DNA of 60,628 nucleotides, counting the filler, from a bacterium (GTDB lineage: Bacteria; JAJRZV01): NCBI GenBank assembly GCA_024275095.1. It is 3 parts of 3 records of this genome, joined end to end, with 100 filler letters (N's around TTAATTAATTAA, not from the genome) between each part and the next. Parts side by side here need not be neighbours in the genome. Positions count along the whole stretch, not along the records: positions 1 to 28,074 come from JAJRZV010000133.1; positions 28,175 to 42,574 come from JAJRZV010000026.1; 1 more part is not named here. One strand, given 5' to 3'. A program made the translations under genes and the position numbers. This document shows positions 19,614 through 29,344 of this stretch, in pieces. The notes under the pieces are model-generated. The model was not told the DNA's origin. It made no database searches and saw only the letters and a list, made by a program, of their open reading frames with translations. Every line of letters begins with the position of its first letter. Position 1 is the stretch's first letter.

Positions 19614-21071
19614 ATGAAAGACCGATTTTCCAACAGGTTGGGTTATCTCCTGGCCACAATGAGTATGGCCATCGGAACAGGAAACATCTGGCGTTTTCCA
19701 CGACTGTTTGCACAGTACGGAGGGATCACATTTCTCATCCCGTGGCTGCTTTTTCTGTTTCTCTGGTCGGTTCCCCTGCTTATTGCAGAAAACGTCATGG
19801 GCTCCACCACACGCAATGGTATCGTGTGTGCATTTAAACGATTCTGGGGAGAAAAAGGCATCCACGGCGGAGGATTCATCATTCTGGTGAGCTTTATGAT
19901 TGCTTCTTACTACTGTGTTGTAACTGGTTGGTGCGCAGCTTACACACTTGTGTCTCTGGGAGAGAATATTGCACCGGTGGTAACAAACTGGCAGCAGTTA
20001 TTTGATACGGTTATCTCCACCGGCCCGGTGGCTTTTATGTTCCACGTTACAGCCGCTGCACTCGCCGCATACGTGGTGTTCAAAGGTGTTGCTCATGGTA
20101 TAGAAAAACTCGGCAGGATGACCGTTCCCGTTCTCTTTATCATTCTTATTTACCTGGTGATCTGGGCACTGATAGCTGTAGACCCCGAATGGCGCGGCCT
20201 CAATCATGTACTTACATTTAAACCGCAACTGTTCACCAGTCCTGAAACATGGATCCAGGCACTTTCACAGTCAGCATGGTCAACAGGTGCCGGCTGGGGA
20301 CTCCTGCTTACCTATGCTTCACGTGCTCCGAAAAACGTGGATGTTGTAGAGAATTCACTTTTGACGGGCCTTGGTAACAACGCGGCTTCACTCCTCGCCG
20401 GTGTCGTTGTGGTGTCGATAGTGTTTGGACTTTTACCCTCCGTGGATGCGAAAGCAGTTCTTGCCAGCGGGAACACCGGGCTCTCATTTTACTATCTGCC
20501 TCAATTATTCCTTCGTGTCACTTTCGGTAAAGCAGGGATGTTCTTTTTCTTTGCTGCACTTTTCATGGCCGCGTTGACCTCGCTGGTAAGCATGTTCGAA
20601 CTTGTCGTGCACGCAATGGAAGATTTTGGAATAACACGAACCAAAGGAACGGTGTTGACATTTTTCGCAATAATAGCAGTCGGAACACCTTCAACCTTCA
20701 GCCGTACATTTATGGACAATCAGGACTGGGTATGGGGAGTGGGATTGATTATTTCAGGAGCTATAGTGTGGTACGGAGTAATAAAAGGGTGGCCTCTCTT
20801 TAAAAAGGCACTTCACACTCAATCAAAACTCCTGATTACCGGAAAAATCATGTCCATTGCATTGAAGCACCTGGTGCCTGTTTTGTTCATCATACTTCTA
20901 TCATGGTGGCTCGTTGTATCTGGCACGGGTGAGAATGCAAAAGAATGGCTGAATCCAATTGCCGTGTTTTCCGGAGGCACATGTATTTTGCAGTGGATGG
21001 TGGGAATGCTCGTCGTGATGATGACCATGAAGAAATTTGGGAAAGTGTTACAGTGCCAACGCGAAGATTAA
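19614..21071 (+). CDS. Sodium-dependent transporter, SNF/NSS family
   Basis: RFSNRLG...AIGTGNIWRFP, FLIP and multiple TM helices. Confidence 0.92.
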   Translation: MKDRFSNRLGYLLATMSMAIGTGNIWRFPRLFAQYGGITFLIPWLLFLFLWSVPLLIAENVMGSTTRNGIVCAFKRFWGEKGIHGGGFIILVSFMIASYYCVVTGWCAAYTLVSLGENIAPVVTNWQQLFDTVISTGPVAFMFHVTAAALAAYVVFKGVAHGIEKLGRMTVPVLFIILIYLVIWALIAVDPEWRGLNHVLTFKPQLFTSPETWIQALSQSAWSTGAGWGLLLTYASRAPKNVDVVENSLLTGLGNNAASLLAGVVVVSIVFGLLPSVDAKAVLASGNTGLSFYYLPQLFLRVTFGKAGMFFFFAALFMAALTSLVSMFELVVHAMEDFGITRTKGTVLTFFAIIAVGTPSTFSRTFMDNQDWVWGVGLIISGAIVWYGVIKGWPLFKKALHTQSKLLITGKIMSIALKHLVPVLFIILLSWWLVVSGTGENAKEWLNPIAVFSGGTCILQWMVGMLVVMMTMKKFGKVLQCQRED

Positions 21072-21072
21072 A

Positions 21073-21624
21073 ATGACAAAGAGAAAGCTTCAGCATATAA
21101 CCAACCTTCTTGTTACCGGTCCTCCGGGAGTGGGCAAAACCACTCTTGTACAAAAGGTACTGGAATCACTGAAAGACATTCGGTGGAAAGGCTTTTTCAC
21201 AAGAGAAATACGGGAGGGTTCAAAAAGAACAGGATTTGAAATCATCACCCACAATGGGAAAAAGGGCATTCTTGCACACGTGAACATCTCTTCAGGGCCG
21301 AAGGTTGGACGGTACAGGGTGAATTTGAGAGACATTGCTGACATTGCCGTGCCAGCCATAATCCCCTCTCGGGACGACATATTTATTATTATCGACGAGA
21401 TCGGCACAATGGAGATGCACTCCTCCGCCTTTCGAGAAGCCCTGTTTCACGTTCTGGACGCTCCAGTGGTGGTATTTGGCACCGTGAAGGAACACGGTGA
21501 CTATACAATTGAGAAAATAAAAAAACGGCCCGATGTATACCTTCTTCGAATTACCCCACAAAATAGAAATGAAATGGTGCAGGAGTGCCTGACCATTCTC
21601 CAAAGGTATCTTCATGAAATTTGA
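21073..21624 (+). CDS. THEP1-type nucleoside triphosphatase (NTPase_1)
   Basis: TGPPGVGKTT, GFFTREIRE..R.GF, VGRY.V and IIDEIG.ME. Confidence 0.9.
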   Translation: MTKRKLQHITNLLVTGPPGVGKTTLVQKVLESLKDIRWKGFFTREIREGSKRTGFEIITHNGKKGILAHVNISSGPKVGRYRVNLRDIADIAVPAIIPSRDDIFIIIDEIGTMEMHSSAFREALFHVLDAPVVVFGTVKEHGDYTIEKIKKRPDVYLLRITPQNRNEMVQECLTILQRYLHEI

Positions 21625-21627
21625 ACT

Positions 21628-22023
21628 TTACTTTCCTTCGCTTTTCAGAGCCTTATATGCAAGCTTTGCCAGTCCACCCGCCGTGTGTGTTCTGAGCCTT
21701 TTGTTTGTCTCTGCTAACTCCCTCTGTATCCTGTGCTTTACAAGCTCTTCATCTGCACTGAGAATATTACGTACGGTCGCTGTTGAAATACCCAGGACCG
21801 ATGCAATTTCACCTGCATTTTTCATGTATTCATTGTGATAAATCACGACGTATGCGGCTTCCATAAGAGAGGGTAGCCATGTAAGCCTCTTATATTCAAA
21901 AAGACGTCGTGGTCCTCCGAGCATCTCCAAGCATTTGGTGAACACCTCAAGAGCTCTCTTATCAATATCCTCCTCCACTGCTGTATTATCACGCACAGCA
22001 TCTACCAGATGGACCACCATCAT
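21628..22023 (-). CDS. KaiC-associated regulatory (HTH) domain protein, TIGR03879-like
   Basis: LGGPRRL...LTWLPSLMEAAY, EIA..LG.S..TVRNIL.AD and H.AGGLAKLAY; GGAGG plus ATG at 22023. Confidence 0.75.
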   Translation of the reverse strand: MMVVHLVDAVRDNTAVEEDIDKRALEVFTKCLEMLGGPRRLFEYKRLTWLPSLMEAAYVVIYHNEYMKNAGEIASVLGISTATVRNILSADEELVKHRIQRELAETNKRLRTHTAGGLAKLAYKALKSEGK

Positions 22024-22034
22024 CACCTCCCGTG

Positions 22035-22961
22035 TTACACGTTCCCATTTCTTTTTTGAATAAACTCCTGAAGAGCAGAACCTACTTTTACAAGACCCCA
22101 CTCGTCAATTTCCATGACATGAACTCTCGTATCATGGCCGCACATACGACATCCATCTATGCGCAACAACCGCACCTGCTCTCCCGGTGGCAAGCCGTAA
22201 AGAGACTGGTCGTATCGGTTGAGAATTTCCTTCTTGGAAAGCACGATGGAACAATCCACGATATGGCTGATAGCATAGCCACCCGCTGCTTCTGCAGTGA
22301 GCTCCTCGTGACCACTGCGTTTCTGGGACACGAAAATTGCTGTCTGGTGCCACATCTTCATGAAGTTGTAAAGTGCTCTCACTGTCTGGCGAGCCAGCAT
22401 TTCCCGGGCCTCGTACAACCCTGTAACCGAGTCAATGACGACAACTTTGACCCCGTACTTCTTTATCACCCGGGCGAGCGTGTCGATGAGGCACGATAAA
22501 TCATCACGCAACACGGAATTCTGAGCTGCGTCCACCAGTACAATGCGATCTTCAAGTTCGTCAAATTTCAACTTCATTCCCGCGGCACGCAGTTTCAGCG
22601 AACTGAGCAAGAACTGAGCCGGTTGCTCCACTGTCACAATGCACGTGGTGTTTCCCATCGAAGCCTGTTTGAGTGCAAATTGTTCAGCCATTATGCTTTT
22701 CCCTGTATCTGGAATACCCGTTACATGAACAACGCATCCTTGCGGGTATCCTCCGAGCGGTTGTAATTCAGGTTGGCCTTCTTTATTAAAAACGGCCACA
22801 AAGAATAAATTATCAAGTCCGTCCACACCTGTTGGAAACCCTTTCAATTCTGGAACATACCCTTTCAGTTCGGAAGCGAGGTGCACGCTGTTCATGTGTG
22901 TAGCACCTGGTCCTCCCCTCATGGCATATATAAATTTAGGCATGGTATACATTCGTGACAA
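22035..22961 (-). CDS. Single-domain KaiC-like ATPase (AF_0795/TIGR03878-like); start uncertain
   Basis: PTGVDGLD, Walker A G.PDTGKS, VIDSVT, SQKRS...AEAAGGYAISHIVD and RIDGCRMCGH. Confidence 0.85.
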   Translation of the reverse strand: MSRMYTMPKFIYAMRGGPGATHMNSVHLASELKGYVPELKGFPTGVDGLDNLFFVAVFNKEGQPELQPLGGYPQGCVVHVTGIPDTGKSIMAEQFALKQASMGNTTCIVTVEQPAQFLLSSLKLRAAGMKLKFDELEDRIVLVDAAQNSVLRDDLSCLIDTLARVIKKYGVKVVVIDSVTGLYEAREMLARQTVRALYNFMKMWHQTAIFVSQKRSGHEELTAEAAGGYAISHIVDCSIVLSKKEILNRYDQSLYGLPPGEQVRLLRIDGCRMCGHDTRVHVMEIDEWGLVKVGSALQEFIQKRNGNV

Positions 22962-23051
22962 AAAGACCTGGAGCCAGAACGTGCAGTTAAAAACATTTCG
23001 TGGTATTCATACCCAATAACACGAGCGTGTCCGGGACGAAGGAGGTGAACA

Positions 23052-23561
23052 ATGGACGGTAAAAAAATAGCAATACTCGTGGATCAGCAATACCAGGAAC
23101 TGGAAGTATGGTATCCCTATTACAGGTTGAAAGAAGCCGGTCATACTGCAGTACTCGTCGGCCCTGAAAAAGGCAGAACCTATCCCTCCAAAACGGGGTA
23201 TCCGGCTACTGCAGAAATGTCAGTTAAAGAAGCACTCGAAGAAGATTTTGATGGAGTCGTTATCCCGGGAGGTTACGCACCTGACCACCTGCGCAGACAC
23301 CCCGATGTCGTGAAACTCGTGCGACAGATACACGAGCGGGGTGGAATCGTTGCCGCAATATGTCACGGTGGGTGGATTATTGCATCCGCAGGCATAGTAA
23401 AAAATCGGACCGCCACGTGTTTCTTCGCGATCAAAGATGATCTCGTAAACGCGGGAGCAAACTATGTGGATGAAGAGGTTGTTGTAGACGGGAATCTCAT
23501 CACTTCACGCAAACCTGACGACCTTCCTGCGTTCATGAGAGAAATACTGAAGCAACTTTAA
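23052..23561 (+). CDS. pfpI: PfpI/DJ-1 family (type 1 glutamine amidotransferase-like) protein
   Basis: ELEVWYP, IPGGYAPD.LR, AICHG and VVVDGNLITSR.PDDL. Confidence 0.92.
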   Translation: MDGKKIAILVDQQYQELEVWYPYYRLKEAGHTAVLVGPEKGRTYPSKTGYPATAEMSVKEALEEDFDGVVIPGGYAPDHLRRHPDVVKLVRQIHERGGIVAAICHGGWIIASAGIVKNRTATCFFAIKDDLVNAGANYVDEEVVVDGNLITSRKPDDLPAFMREILKQL

Positions 23562-23692
23562 ACGAAACAAATAAATAATAATAAGCTCCTCGACAAGGTG
23601 AAGCCCCTCCTTCTATTGAACAACCTCAGGTGTAACCTTTATCAACCGGCGTATCATGAGAATGGGCGGTTATATTTCATCTCACATTCTCA

Positions 23693-23721
23693 TTGACACA
23701 TGTTACTATTGTAGTAATAAT
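23693..23721 (+). promoter_or_regulatory. Sigma70 promoter with a palindromic operator in the spacer
   Basis: TTGACA(23693-98)-N17-AATAAT(23716-21); inverted repeat TTACTA-N3-TAGTAA at 23703-23717. Confidence 0.55.
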
Positions 23722-23797
23722 GATGAATATAGTAATAAATAAGGTGCCACAGTACATGATTACATACTCAAATATTTAAAAAAAGAGGAGGTGTTGT

Positions 23798-25369
23798 ATG
23801 ACTGAAAAAAAGTACCCTTTTCAATCCACAGGAGAAATGCTGGAAAAACGCACGGAAGAAATGGGCGACAAAGAAATTCTCGCTTACTACGACGAAACCT
23901 ATACCTACAAAGAATTTAACGCCTGTGTTAACAGTCTGGCCAACGGACTTAAAGCAATTGGTTTCGAAAAGGGCAATGTCCTCGCCACGTTTACTTACAA
24001 TTCGCCACAAATGCTGTTCGCATTTTTCGCAGCCCATAAACTCGGAGGTGCTGTAACACCCATCAACATCGACTGGAAGGGAGAGGAAGTCGCCTATCAA
24101 ATCAATCATTCCGAGGCAACACACCTGATAGTTGATGGTAATTTTCTCCCTGTGATAGAGGAAATCAAAGACCAGCTAACCGATCTGAAAGAAATTATTG
24201 TGGTAAGAGGAGACGACCTCAAATACATTTCTTACGACAAGCTTGTCGCACAATCGTCGCCGGAAAGAGAATTTCCACTGGAAGCCAAACTCGAGGACAT
24301 GGCTTTTATTTATTACACATCCGGTACTACAGGAAAACCCAAAGGCGTTCCTCTCTTGCACCGTAATATCATCTCCTACTGGGCTGTTCCAGGTGGCGGA
24401 GGACCTGGAGCAGGAGGTGCCCTTGCCGGCGCAAACCTTACCTTTCTTATCATTTTACCCCTGTTCCACGTTAACGCCATGATGACGTCAATGAATTGTA
24501 TATACGGCGGTATCCGCATGTGCCTGCGGCGTAGATTTTCTGCCCGAGAATTCTGGGCGGTGGTGGAACGTTACAAGGTGAACGTTGTTTCCGCCGTACC
24601 AGCGGTGTACAGCATTTTGCTGAAAGACGAAGAGAATTATAAGAAATATGATCGCAGTTCCCTGTTTCTGGCCATTACAGGAGCAGCAGAAATTTCACCT
24701 GAGACAATTAAAAAGTTCGAAGAAAAATTTGGTGTAATGGTGTATGAGGGTTACGGACTCACTGAAGGAACAGTCGCTTCAACCATGAATCCCATTGGTC
24801 AGCGCAAGGTTGGTTCAATTGGGAAACCACTGCCTGGACAGGAAGTGGCCGTCATGGACGATGACGGCAAACTGCTCGGTCCCAATGAAGTGGGTGAAAT
24901 TGTAGTGCGCGGGGATAACGTGATGAAAGGATATTACAAAGATGAGGAGTCCACAAAAGGCACCATTGACGAACAGGGATGGCTCCACACCGGTGACATG
25001 GGTTACTACGACGACGACGGCTACTTCTTCATAGTGGGCAGAAAGAAAGACATGATCATCCGCGGTGGCGAAAACATCTACCCCAAAGAAATAGAAGATG
25101 TACTCTATGAACATCCGGATGTAATGGAATCGGCTGTTGTGCCTGTGCCTGATCCTATCATGGGAGAAGAAGTGGCAGCCTACATTGTACTGAGGGAGGG
25201 ATCAAAGGTCACTGAAAGCGAGATAGAAGAATATTGTCGTTCTAAACTTGCAGATTACAAGGTTCCCAAATACATTAAATTCCTTAAAGAGCTGCCCAAG
25301 AGTCATATGGGTAAAATACTGAAGAGAGAGCTCAAGGAAATGGCCAAAAAAGATTTCGGTAGTGGATAA
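23798..25369 (+). CDS. Long-chain acyl-CoA synthetase (class I adenylate-forming)
   Basis: YTSGTTGKPKG, LPLFH, EGYGLTE, WLHTGD and RKKDMIIRGGENIYP. Confidence 0.93.
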   Translation: MTEKKYPFQSTGEMLEKRTEEMGDKEILAYYDETYTYKEFNACVNSLANGLKAIGFEKGNVLATFTYNSPQMLFAFFAAHKLGGAVTPINIDWKGEEVAYQINHSEATHLIVDGNFLPVIEEIKDQLTDLKEIIVVRGDDLKYISYDKLVAQSSPEREFPLEAKLEDMAFIYYTSGTTGKPKGVPLLHRNIISYWAVPGGGGPGAGGALAGANLTFLIILPLFHVNAMMTSMNCIYGGIRMCLRRRFSAREFWAVVERYKVNVVSAVPAVYSILLKDEENYKKYDRSSLFLAITGAAEISPETIKKFEEKFGVMVYEGYGLTEGTVASTMNPIGQRKVGSIGKPLPGQEVAVMDDDGKLLGPNEVGEIVVRGDNVMKGYYKDEESTKGTIDEQGWLHTGDMGYYDDDGYFFIVGRKKDMIIRGGENIYPKEIEDVLYEHPDVMESAVVPVPDPIMGEEVAAYIVLREGSKVTESEIEEYCRSKLADYKVPKYIKFLKELPKSHMGKILKRELKEMAKKDFGSG

Positions 25370-25434
25370 AAGAAAAAATGCAAATTGAAAACAGGCCGAT
25401 ATTTTTATACAACTCAGAGAATTAAATTCAGGGG

Positions 25435-26652
25435 GTGACTGTGAGAAGGAGAGGACGCAAACGCAGAAAAAATGTAGCTTATGTCGCGGGTGTGAGTATG
25501 ACACCTGTAACGCGAACCCTCGGCAAACCACATAAAGAAGTGGCCGCAGAACTGCTGGCCGAGGCGCTGGAAGATGCTGGTTTGGAAAAAAATGATATTG
25601 ACACACTTGTCGTAACGCCTCCCAACCTTGCAGGGCCACCTTCTTTCATGTTCGTATGTGCGCTCGCTGAATACTTAGACCTGCGTACAAAACACATCAA
25701 TATGGTCGAATGTGGAGGTACGAGCGGCGCCATGGCAATCAAAACAGCGCTCAATGAGATATTCTTGGGTCGCACCGAATTCGCCGCCGTCATCGCCATT
25801 GACCAGCGTTTTGACCTTCAGCCGGGGCAGGTGGATATCAATGTGTTCATGCACGAGGCGCTGCAGACACAAATATGCTTGTACGGCCCTTACGACAGTC
25901 TTTACGGTATCGGAGCTCCTATCCCGTATTATGCCATGAGTGCACAACGATACATGGAAGAGTACGGAGCTACGGAAGAAGACTTCGCCCGTGTAGCTGT
26001 AATGCTGAGAAATCATGCATCTAAAAATCCACTTGCCGAGTACCGGGACCCTATTACCGTGGAAGACGTGCTCAACTCACGTTATCTCTCACCCCCGTTA
26101 AAGCTCCTCGATTGCAGTCCTTTTGCATCGGGTGGTGCATGCGTAATACTCGCCAATCCGTACGTCACGAGACCCTTGCCCAAACCGCCTGTATGGATTA
26201 CGGGTGTGGGTGAGTGGCATGAACCCGATCACTTTATCCCCCAGAATGGCTCAATCACTTCTTTTACAAGTGTCAAAAAATCAGCTGAAGAAGCCTTTGA
26301 GCGTGCAGGGATGGAACCTGTTGATGTGGACGTGGCGGAAGTTTACGGAGTGTTTACAGCTACAGAGCTTATGATCTATGAAGATCTGGGCATCTTCCCA
26401 CCTGGTGAAGGCTATATAGCCGTGAAAGAAGGCAAGGCCACGTACGGAGGAAACGTGGTTATGAATCCGAGTGGTGGAAGGCTCTCGCTCGGCCACCCTG
26501 CTGCTGCGACTCCGGTAATGGAAATGGTGGAAGTTGTCAGACAGCTGCGCGGCGAATGCGGTGAAAGGCAGGTGCCGGGGGCCAGGTGCGGTCTGGTCCA
26601 CGCAGAACACGGCATGCTTAACGGTTCAATTGTTTTTGTTCTGGAGGTGTGA
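25435..26652 (+). CDS. Thiolase family protein (SCP-x type)
   Basis: ECGGTSG, NPLA.YR.PIT.EDV, LDCS and NPSGG.LS.GHP. Confidence 0.88.
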   Translation: MTVRRRGRKRRKNVAYVAGVSMTPVTRTLGKPHKEVAAELLAEALEDAGLEKNDIDTLVVTPPNLAGPPSFMFVCALAEYLDLRTKHINMVECGGTSGAMAIKTALNEIFLGRTEFAAVIAIDQRFDLQPGQVDINVFMHEALQTQICLYGPYDSLYGIGAPIPYYAMSAQRYMEEYGATEEDFARVAVMLRNHASKNPLAEYRDPITVEDVLNSRYLSPPLKLLDCSPFASGGACVILANPYVTRPLPKPPVWITGVGEWHEPDHFIPQNGSITSFTSVKKSAEEAFERAGMEPVDVDVAEVYGVFTATELMIYEDLGIFPPGEGYIAVKEGKATYGGNVVMNPSGGRLSLGHPAAATPVMEMVEVVRQLRGECGERQVPGARCGLVHAEHGMLNGSIVFVLEV

Positions 26653-26653
26653 A

Positions 26654-27067
26654 GTGAAGGAACTTATTACCAAGGTAACCTGGAATAGTATTCAGCATTA
26701 CGGTGACAGTGCCTCGGTCAAATACTATGAATTTCTTAAAAACCGAATTTTTCGAACAACCTACTGCGATACCTGCCAGAAACGATGGTTCCCTCCGAGA
26801 AAGTATTGTCCCAACTGCTTTAAGGAAATGTTCAAATGGGTGGAAATGGCAAACACCGGCACTTTATACGCATTTACACAGCAGGAAAGGTCCCTGCGTT
26901 TTGGTAAACCCGATGTCATAGGAATTGTCGAACTTGACACCGGCGAGAGGCTGCTCACCAAGATCAACGCACCCTTCGAGGAATTAAAAATTGGTATGAG
27001 GGTGAAACTGGAATACATAGAAATTGATGAAAACATTACTCTTCATTCTTTCAGTCCTGTAAAATAA
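26654..27067 (+). CDS. Zn-ribbon/OB-fold DUF35 (ChsH2-like) protein
   Basis: CDTC...FPPR..CPNC, GTLYAFT and IGMRV; GTG start with GGAGG; follows the thiolase. Confidence 0.88.
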   Translation: MKELITKVTWNSIQHYGDSASVKYYEFLKNRIFRTTYCDTCQKRWFPPRKYCPNCFKEMFKWVEMANTGTLYAFTQQERSLRFGKPDVIGIVELDTGERLLTKINAPFEELKIGMRVKLEYIEIDENITLHSFSPVK

Positions 27068-27074
27068 TAGCCCC

Positions 27075-27941
27075 ATGGGGTTTCTGACAGAGGAGATATT
27101 TGCCCCCGACCTGTTCAGGGGACATGTTGTTGTGGTTACGGGGGGTGGCACGGGCATAGGGCTGGCCATAGCCGAGGAATTCGGCTCGCTCGGGGCCTCG
27201 CTCGCTATATGCAGTCGGAAAGAAAAAAACTTTAAGCCCGCAGTTGAGTATTTCCAGGGGAAAGGGTATCCGTGTATTGGAGCATCATGTGATATCCGGG
27301 AATATGAACAGGTAGAAGAATTTATTGAGACTGTACTGAACGAATACGGAAGAATAGACGTTCTCGTAAATAATGCAGGAGGGCAATTTCCATCTCCTGT
27401 AGAAAACATGTCCCCAAGAGGGTGGGCCACTGTCATCAACAACAACCTTAACGGGACATTTAACGTTACATTCGCTGCCGCCAAAAAAAGCATGATCCCC
27501 AATAAAAAGGGTTGCATTGTAAATATTGTGGCCAACATGTGGAATGGCTTCCCGGGACTTGCACACACCGGAGCTGCACGTGCAGGTGTTGTTAACCTGA
27601 CCATGACCCTCGCGGTAGAATGGGCTCAGTATAATATACGCGTCAACGCTGTCGCTCCCGGAACAATCGCCACATCGGGCATGCGTGTATACCCCCGCGA
27701 AGTCGTGGAAATGGCAAGGCAGTGGATTCCTCTCAAGCGGTACGGTACTGCACGAGAGGTGGCGCTTGCAGTGGTTTTTCTGGCCTCTCCTGCCGCATCA
27801 TTCATTACCGGGACAACGCTGCGTGTGGATGGTGGTGAAAGCATTTATGGCACTAGATGGATTATCCCCGACAATGAAGAAGCGAAGAAACTGAGTCAGG
27901 AAATTCTCCAGAAGGTGCTCCGGGAAGCAGAAGAAAGCTGA
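27075..27941 (+). CDS. SDR oxidoreductase, 2,4-dienoyl-CoA/trans-2-enoyl-CoA reductase-like
   Basis: TGGGTGIG, NNAGGQF, HTGAARAGV.NLT.TLAVEW and VDGG. Confidence 0.88.
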   Translation: MGFLTEEIFAPDLFRGHVVVVTGGGTGIGLAIAEEFGSLGASLAICSRKEKNFKPAVEYFQGKGYPCIGASCDIREYEQVEEFIETVLNEYGRIDVLVNNAGGQFPSPVENMSPRGWATVINNNLNGTFNVTFAAAKKSMIPNKKGCIVNIVANMWNGFPGLAHTGAARAGVVNLTMTLAVEWAQYNIRVNAVAPGTIATSGMRVYPREVVEMARQWIPLKRYGTAREVALAVVFLASPAASFITGTTLRVDGGESIYGTRWIIPDNEEAKKLSQEILQKVLREAEES

Positions 27942-28013
27942 TAACCCTTCCCTTTGAACCTTCGACGACTCTTTTGTTATATAAAGAACAAAACTTTCAG
28001 CGGGAGGCGTAAA

Positions 28014-28074
28014 ATGCCAGAATACAAATTCATCACCGTTGAGAAAAAGGGTGAAGGCGTAGCTCAGGTAACAA
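28014..28074 (+). CDS. Probable enoyl-CoA hydratase N-terminus, truncated by the contig end
   Basis: GGGAGG plus ATG; MPEYKFITVEKKGEGVAQVT resembles the crotonase N-terminal strand. Beta-oxidation context. Confidence 0.5.
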
Positions 28075-28174
28075 NNNNNNNNNNNNNNNNNNNNNNNNNN
28101 NNNNNNNNNNNNNNNNNNTTAATTAATTAANNNNNNNNNNNNNNNNNNNNNNNNNNNNNNNNNNNNNNNNNNNN
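28075..28174. other. Artificial contig spacer
   Basis: N44-TTAATTAATTAA-N44, with stops in all six frames. Confidence 0.98.
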
Positions 28175-29344
28175 AAGCCTTGCAACCGTGTAAAAACCAA
28201 TGATGTGAAGGACATCATGAGGGAACTTAGCTGCGATGAGATGTTGAAGTGCAAGGGCTAACTTCTTCGCTGCCACAAATTTTCCTCCCCACGACATGGA
28301 CCACGAAAGATCGATCAAAAGCGCCGTGGCACAGGATTTCCGTGCTTCCTCCATAAAAACCCGCCAGTCTTCTTTTCTCAGCTCAAGCTGGTTATTCCTG
28401 AGAGGTCGTTTCAAAAGCGCCTCCTTCAATGTACCCACCACATCCAGGTGAAAACCGGACTGTTCCGCATAAGGAATTGATACCTCATATTCCACTTCCC
28501 CCCGCCCTTTTTTAATACCGGGGTGCTGGCCAGCTCCTCCTTCTCGAAGGCGGGAGTATATCTCTGCCAGTGCCTTTTCACCGATCCGTCGTATTCCTCG
28601 TGGTGTAAGTTTGAGACCAAAAGACTCCATTGTCACATATCCAGCGCTTTGAAGAGCTTCCACTGCCTGACGAAACATTCGAAGGCTCATAGCTCCCTTC
28701 ACCCCGAGAGCCTGGGCAAGAACCTCCATGTCAACATCGTCCAGCCGACCCCCCTGAAGGGCTTTTTCAGTTCTATCAATGCGATCCATCAGGTCAGCCA
28801 GTTCTACAGCCTTTTCAAAGTTTACCTCCTGGGTCCCGGAAAACCGTTCTCCCCAGCGGTCAATCAGCTTTTGTACTTTCTTCAGGTTCTCTTTTACCTC
28901 GTTGTAAAGTTGTTCGAACTGCTCGCCGGCTTTCGAATTCTCAAATTGGTGAGAGAAAAGGGCCTCTATCAGTTGAGGCAACGGTTGTTTCAAAAGGTCT
29001 AAAAAATTCTTCAACTGAGCTTTCCGTGCTTCATTTTCCAGCAAAGCTTTCCATTCCCGTTCCACAATCTCCTGCAGCCGCTTCTTTAACTCATCCAGTG
29101 CATTTTCAATCTGATATTGATTGAGAATTTTTTTTCTATAGTGCTTTACCATGCGCACTATATCCTGAAGACTGCGCACCGGCAGCAATCTTACCCCTAC
29201 AATGCCACCAACCTGAAGCATATCAAGCAGGGCATGTGTTACATCGCTGTATTCTATAATGCGCTCCATGAGCTGATGAAAGAGATGCTCTGCATCAACA
29301 GGAGTTTCTTCCTGAACTTCTTTTTTGAGATACCGGAATTTCAA
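28175..29344 (-). CDS. VWA-domain protein, partner of the ChlI-like ATPase; 3' truncated by the gap
   Basis: LTPRGIRRIG..AL and MIDAS-like DLSWSM...AKK.ALAL.HLI..KFP.D.L. Confidence 0.85.

Noticed and set aside
22035..22961. Circadian clock
   Set aside because: Single KaiC domain and no kaiA/kaiB in the window.
28075..28174. TTAATTAATTAA flanked by N runs (also at 42575-42674) as a biological repeat
   Set aside because: Identical 100-bp six-frame-stop spacer inserted between contigs. The ORF ends at 28127 and 42630 are artefacts.
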